A DNA stretch of 64,000 nt from Candidatus Nealsonbacteria bacterium RIFOXYB1_FULL_40_15 (lineage in GTDB: Bacteria > Patescibacteriota > Minisyncoccia > Minisyncoccales > GWA2-38-27). Positions 60,641-64,000 of the stretch are shown in pieces. The position numbers and the translations under genes are program-made. The stretch is from assembly GCA_001821555.1 (NCBI GenBank), contig MHMM01000010.1, forward strand, positions 19,629-83,628, in the 5' to 3' direction. Each line of letters opens with the position of its first letter. Position 1 is the stretch's first letter. The notes under the pieces were generated by a model. The model was given only the letters and a program-made list of their open reading frames with translations, made no database searches and was not told the DNA's origin.

Positions 60641-61381
60641 TTATAGGATTTCTGTTTCCTCGACAGGAAACCCAACTCTCAATTTATCTAATGCCTCTCT
60701 TAATGAATTATGGAATTCGTCTCTTGCCGATTCCATTGCCCCCCTCTTGGCTTCAGCAAGTCCCTGCATTTCTTGACCATGATTCATTGTCTGGATTCTT
60801 TCTCTGTAAGTCTGCCTTGCTTGCGTTAGGGTGTTTCTAAGATTCTGCTGTATATCTTTCATATCTGATCCTTTTCCGCAGTCGGACAGAGCTTCTTCAA
60901 AAGCATCTGCTTCTTTTTCTTTATAATTTTGGATCCTATTTTCCGCCTCCTCCCTTCTTCTTGCTTTTAGATTATCCGTTCCCTCGTGAAAAATACGGAT
61001 TGCTTCGTCAAACTTTTCCCTTCTTTCAAGAACCGCCTCCTCTACAGAAGCGATGAAATCCAGAACTGCCTTTTTTTGCGTCTCGTCCTGCGCTCTGTCC
61101 AGCAATTTCTGGAAGCGTTCTGCTCTGTTATTGTCCCACTGCTCTCTTTTTTGCTCCAAATTTTGCTCTCTTTGAATTCTTTTCTGATCCATATCCTGCG
61201 ATATGCCTTCCTGCCTATACCTTATTTTTTCTTCCTCCTGCTGGGTTTTTTGTCCAATCCTTTCTAGGGCATTTGAAATCCTCTGGCAGGCATTATCCTG
61301 TCCGGCTCTGTTTTGCGCAAAGACAGCCAAGGGCAGGATGATAAGCGCCGAAAGTGCTAAAATTGTTAGTTTCTTCTTCAT
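60641..61381 (-). CDS. Secreted, highly charged (E/R/Q/K-rich) all-helical protein (hypothetical)
   Basis: Signal peptide MKKKLTILALSALIILPLAVFA; the rest is low-complexity helical sequence. Confidence 0.45.
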   Translation of the reverse strand: MKKKLTILALSALIILPLAVFAQNRAGQDNACQRISNALERIGQKTQQEEEKIRYRQEGISQDMDQKRIQREQNLEQKREQWDNNRAERFQKLLDRAQDETQKKAVLDFIASVEEAVLERREKFDEAIRIFHEGTDNLKARRREEAENRIQNYKEKEADAFEEALSDCGKGSDMKDIQQNLRNTLTQARQTYRERIQTMNHGQEMQGLAEAKRGAMESARDEFHNSLREALDKLRVGFPVEETEIL

Positions 61382-61385
61382 ATTT

Positions 61386-61673
61386 TTATAGCTCCAAATT
61401 ATCAGACGACTCTCCGAGAGACTCTAGTTCATTTGAGTCGTTTAGAACTTCTTCTGAATCTTCGACTGCTTCTTGATATAGAGAATTAAACTCTTCATCA
61501 AGCTCTTTTTCTAAAGAGTCTACCAGGTCATCCACCCTGCCGGTAGTCTCCTGTTCTTTTTCCAGTGGAGCAAATTCCCATTTATTACCCCAGTAGAGAA
61601 ATGCTCCTACGGCAATAATCGCAGCTACTCCAACGATAACAGCGATTAAAAAAAGTTTATTACTTCTGATCAT
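61386..61673 (-). CDS. Small membrane-anchored acidic protein (hypothetical)
   Basis: TM helix LFLIAVIVGVAAIIAVGAFLYW followed by a D/E-rich tail. Confidence 0.4.
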   Translation of the reverse strand: MIRSNKLFLIAVIVGVAAIIAVGAFLYWGNKWEFAPLEKEQETTGRVDDLVDSLEKELDEEFNSLYQEAVEDSEEVLNDSNELESLGESSDNLEL

Positions 61674-61756
61674 ATGATTTTAGTTATTTTTTAAAAAAGA
61701 CCTTTAAAACGATATTACTTTAGAATATCACAATTTGCTTGGATAGTTTTGCACAG

Positions 61757-62506
61757 CTATTCTGTTTTCTTAAAACCTTCAAAAGATTTTAATATTTCCA
61801 GAGGAACGGTGAATACAACTGTATTGGACTGATCCGAAGAAAGATCGTTTATTGATTGCAACGTCCTCAAATGGAGAGCCCCTTTGGTAGCGCCCAAGAT
61901 CTTAGCCGCTTCGGCCATATTTTGGGCGGCGGCAAGTTCTCCCTCCGAGTTTATAATCACAGCTCTTTTCTCTCTTTCTGCCTCTGCCTGCTTTGCGATA
62001 GTTCTCTCCATATCCGCAGGCAAACTTACGTCTTTGAGTTCTACATTATTGACTTTTAGGCCCCACTCATCGGTTTCTTTATCCACAATCTCCCTTATTC
62101 TCTCTGCTATCTTTTCTCTGTTGGCCAAAAGCTCGTCCAAAGTCGCCTCTCCGACAATATTTCTCATTGTCGTCTGGGCATATTGGGATATTGCATATCT
62201 AAAATCCTCCACCTCAAGAACAGCCTTTGAGGCGTCCGACACCTTATAATATATAACAGCGTTCACCATAACAGAAACATTATCCCTAGTTATGGCTTTT
62301 TGGTCAGGAACGTCAACCGCCTTGACCCTCATATCAACTTTTCTATAGCCCTGGAAAATAGGAATGACAATCCTCCACCCGGGATTCATTATTCCCGAGA
62401 ACCTTCCCATGGTAAATCTTACCCCTCTCTGGTACTGGTTTATCTGCCTCAAGCTGACCAAAAAAAGAGCTACCAGAACAATTAGAACTATTGTTAATAT
62501 AGACAT
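61757..62506 (-). CDS. SPFH/band-7 (stomatin/prohibitin-like) membrane protein
   Basis: QYQRGVRFTMGRF, AITRDNVSVMVNAVIYYKV and AEAEREKRA. ATG 62506 (MSILTIVLIVLV) lies 1 nt after the upstream stop and is preferred to ATG 62560. Confidence 0.85.
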   Translation of the reverse strand: MSILTIVLIVLVALFLVSLRQINQYQRGVRFTMGRFSGIMNPGWRIVIPIFQGYRKVDMRVKAVDVPDQKAITRDNVSVMVNAVIYYKVSDASKAVLEVEDFRYAISQYAQTTMRNIVGEATLDELLANREKIAERIREIVDKETDEWGLKVNNVELKDVSLPADMERTIAKQAEAEREKRAVIINSEGELAAAQNMAEAAKILGATKGALHLRTLQSINDLSSDQSNTVVFTVPLEILKSFEGFKKTE

Positions 62507-62507
62507 A

Positions 62508-63083
62508 TTATTTTTTGAAATAAAAGAGGCAAAGGCAATGGCCATTCTCCTTAATTTCATTTTTATGATAATAGCAAGGGCAGGTTTTCTTTTCGTCCTC
62601 TTCTGTTCCCGTTATTCTTCTGCAGGGGCAGTATTTTTTACCGTATTTCTTCTTGTTTCCGATAATGCCCGTGGCGATTCTTTTTACCGCCTCCCTGTCG
62701 GGATTCAAGATAAAACCGTTATCTTCAGCATATTTTTCTGATTCGGATATCAAAGAAGATATATCGTCTTTTATAAACTCCGACAGCCATTCTTTTATCG
62801 CGCTTTCTGGTCTTAAACCGAGAAATCCGCTCACCGGCTTGCCCTCTTTAAAAAGAATAACCGTAGGAATTTGATCTATCCCAAACTTCTGAGCTATTAG
62901 GGGAACTTCGTCAAGGTTGGCCTTCATCAAAACAAACTCTTCTGATTCTCCGGCTATCTTTTCCAAAATAGGAGCCAGCATTCTGCACGGCTGGCACCAA
63001 TCAGCATAAAAATCAACCAAAATCGGCTTTCCGGCATTGTTTATCTCGCTTTCAAAGTTTTGATCTTTTAATTCAAAAATCAC
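62508..63083 (-). CDS. Thioredoxin fused to a ferredoxin:thioredoxin-reductase catalytic-subunit-like domain
   Basis: GTG start at 63083. Trx region: VDFYADWCQPCRMLAPI. C-terminus: YCPCRRITGTEEDEKKTCPCYYHKNEIKENGHCLCLFY (CPC...CPC...CxC spacing of FTR beta). Confidence 0.7.
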   Translation of the reverse strand: MIFELKDQNFESEINNAGKPILVDFYADWCQPCRMLAPILEKIAGESEEFVLMKANLDEVPLIAQKFGIDQIPTVILFKEGKPVSGFLGLRPESAIKEWLSEFIKDDISSLISESEKYAEDNGFILNPDREAVKRIATGIIGNKKKYGKKYCPCRRITGTEEDEKKTCPCYYHKNEIKENGHCLCLFYFKK

Positions 63084-63123
63084 AGTAAATATATTTTACC
63101 TTATTTTTCCCAAAAAAACAAAT

Positions 63124-63207
63124 TTATGCTTTTGCCGGTATTCTGCTTATAGGCAATTCAATGAAGAAAGTACTTCCATTGCCCTTTCCTTCGGACTCAA
63201 CCCAAAT
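63124..63207 (-). pseudogene. Remnant duplicate of a histidine-kinase 3' end
   Basis: Minus-strand reading gives IWVESEGKGNGSTFFIELPISRIPAKA*. The 64 nt at 63144..63207 match 63346..63409 with 4 mismatches by hand alignment. Confidence 0.5.
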
Positions 63208-63313
63208 GTCGCTCTCGCTCCTTAGAAACCTCACAGTTTCTAACCCCTTCCGCCAACTTGGCGTCAGGGTGTTTTCCTTCACGGGAGGACACCCAGTCCT
63301 CCCGACCCCTCTT

Positions 63314-64000
63314 TTAAAATTTGGGTTGATTCCCTGAAATTTCCTTGCTTATAGGCAATTCAATAAAGAAAGTACTTCCCTTGCTTTTTCCTTCGGACTC
63401 AACCCAAATTTTGCCTTTATGGGCTTCAACAATCTTATAGGTTATGTATAGTCCTATTCCCCTTCCGGTGGTAAAGAGCTTTTCGGCCTGCTCTCCCCTC
63501 TCAAATAGTTTTCCAAAGAGTTTGTCTTTTTCTTCCTTAGATAGTCCTACTCCTGTATCTTTTATTATAATCTGGAGCTTGTCCCCTTTTTCCTTCAGCC
63601 CCACAGTAACGCCTCCTTTTCTTGTGTACTTCACAGCATTATCCACTATGTTATAGACAGCGGCCTTGAGTTTTTGTTCGTCCGCCCTTGCTTTTGGAGC
63701 ATCTTCTGGAACTTCTGATTTGACATAAATCCCCTTGATTTTCGCCTCAATCTCAACATCCTGGACAGCTTCCCTTACAATAGCGTCTACATCAACGCCT
63801 TCTCGTAAAACAACAACATCTTTTCCCATTTGAAATTGGGAGATGTCAAGGAATTCATTCACCAGTTTTATTTCGTTTTTAGTGGAAGCAGCAAATTTAT
63901 CCAGCACATCCTTTATCTTCGGGGGCACATCTCCATAGCTCCCCCCAAAGATAAGGTCCAGATATCCCTGCATAGAAGTCAGGGGAGTCCTTAAATGGTG
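63314..64000 (-). CDS. Sensor histidine kinase, C-terminal part (gene continues past the right edge)
   Basis: The reading frame is open to base 64000, where it reads HHLRTPLTSMQGYLDLI (H-box). HATPase_c motifs: NAVKYT, IKDTGVGLS and GRGIGLYITYKIVEAHKGKIWVESE. Confidence 0.85.
   Translation of the reverse strand, partial: HHLRTPLTSMQGYLDLIFGGSYGDVPPKIKDVLDKFAASTKNEIKLVNEFLDISQFQMGKDVVVLREGVDVDAIVREAVQDVEIEAKIKGIYVKSEVPEDAPKARADEQKLKAAVYNIVDNAVKYTRKGGVTVGLKEKGDKLQIIIKDTGVGLSKEEKDKLFGKLFERGEQAEKLFTTGRGIGLYITYKIVEAHKGKIWVESEGKSKGSTFFIELPISKEISGNQPKF
63316..63412. repeat. Perfect 14-bp inverted repeat bracketing the last ~28 codons of the histidine kinase
   Basis: AAAATTTGGGTTGA (63316..63329) and TCAACCCAAATTTT (63399..63412), with a 69-nt spacer. 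Confidence 0.7.

Noticed and set aside
63208-63313. Hammerhead-type ribozyme or tRNA-like element in the GC-rich segment
   Set aside because: CUGACG...GAA superficially recalls the hammerhead core, but the conserved CUGAUGA/GAAA arrangement is not satisfied. No T-loop (GTTCRANYC) or cloverleaf can be drawn.
63144-63409. Diversity-generating retroelement (TR/VR pair) as the explanation for the 64-nt repeat at a gene's 3' end
   Set aside because: The four mismatches are not adenine-specific in either orientation (G/A, G/A, T/G, C/T on the coding strand). No reverse transcriptase is present in the window.
1-64000. Alternative genetic code (TGA recoding, as in some candidate phyla)
   Set aside because: TGA functions as a stop in several precisely overlapping ATGA junctions (5050, 41578, 43584, 52056). 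No gene appears truncated at TGA.
1-64000. CRISPR arrays, tRNA/rRNA genes, transposases, integrases, restriction-modification or other defence systems
   Set aside because: I looked in all intergenic gaps (54275-54453, 57850-57978, 58690-58880, 59397-59451, 60548-60640, 61674-61756, 63084-63313) and among the ORFs. None was recognisable. The only mobile element found is the intein.

Overview
A low-GC, very gene-dense bacterial window. It carries a sigma-70/ECF sigma factor, and TGA is used as a stop codon. Gene content and style suggest a CPR/Patescibacteria-like organism, but that is inference only. No rRNA, tRNA, CRISPR array, transposase or integrase was seen. Coordinates 1-46388 form one co-directional minus-strand array of about 46 mostly overlapping genes, many with ATGA-type start/stop overlaps, for a very elaborate polyprenol-linked glycan. 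It contains a WecA-like initiating transferase, about 12 glycosyltransferases, many SDR epimerase/dehydratases, amino-sugar tailoring genes (DegT, formyltransferase, deacetylase, AsnB-like amidotransferase, GNAT), a GDP-D-glycero-alpha-D-manno-heptose pathway (GmhA, HddA, HddC-GmhB fusion) and Wzm/Wzt ABC export. The most unusual part is 21970-41581. It holds three tandem cassettes, each starting with a TPP-dependent C-C enzyme (two split transketolases, an ALS/YerE-like enzyme, an E1 alpha/beta pair). Each also has a copy of an uncharacterised methyltransferase-like family (Y), once fused to the transketolase. Each cassette ends with a copy of an uncharacterised GT2-like family (X). The first biosynthetic gene of the array, a Gmd/Rmd-family SDR, is interrupted by a 342-aa LAGLIDADG intein (42010-43035). 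Upstream lie a SemiSWEET gene, a putative cobamide-uptake pair, two cytidylyltransferase-fold proteins and a TIM-barrel enzyme. On the plus strand are two paralogous O-antigen-ligase/TPR proteins. They converge on a 1131-aa Thr/Ser/Ala/Gly-rich secreted protein with a peptidoglycan-binding domain, which may be an S-layer-like glycosylation target. The right end carries an ECF sigma/anti-sigma-like pair separated by a long palindromic GC-cored element, an operator-like ATAGGACA array, charged coiled-coil envelope proteins, an SPFH protein and a thioredoxin-FTR fusion. It ends with a histidine kinase whose 3' end is duplicated next to a GC-rich structured segment. All functional calls rest on motifs read by eye; no database search was possible.
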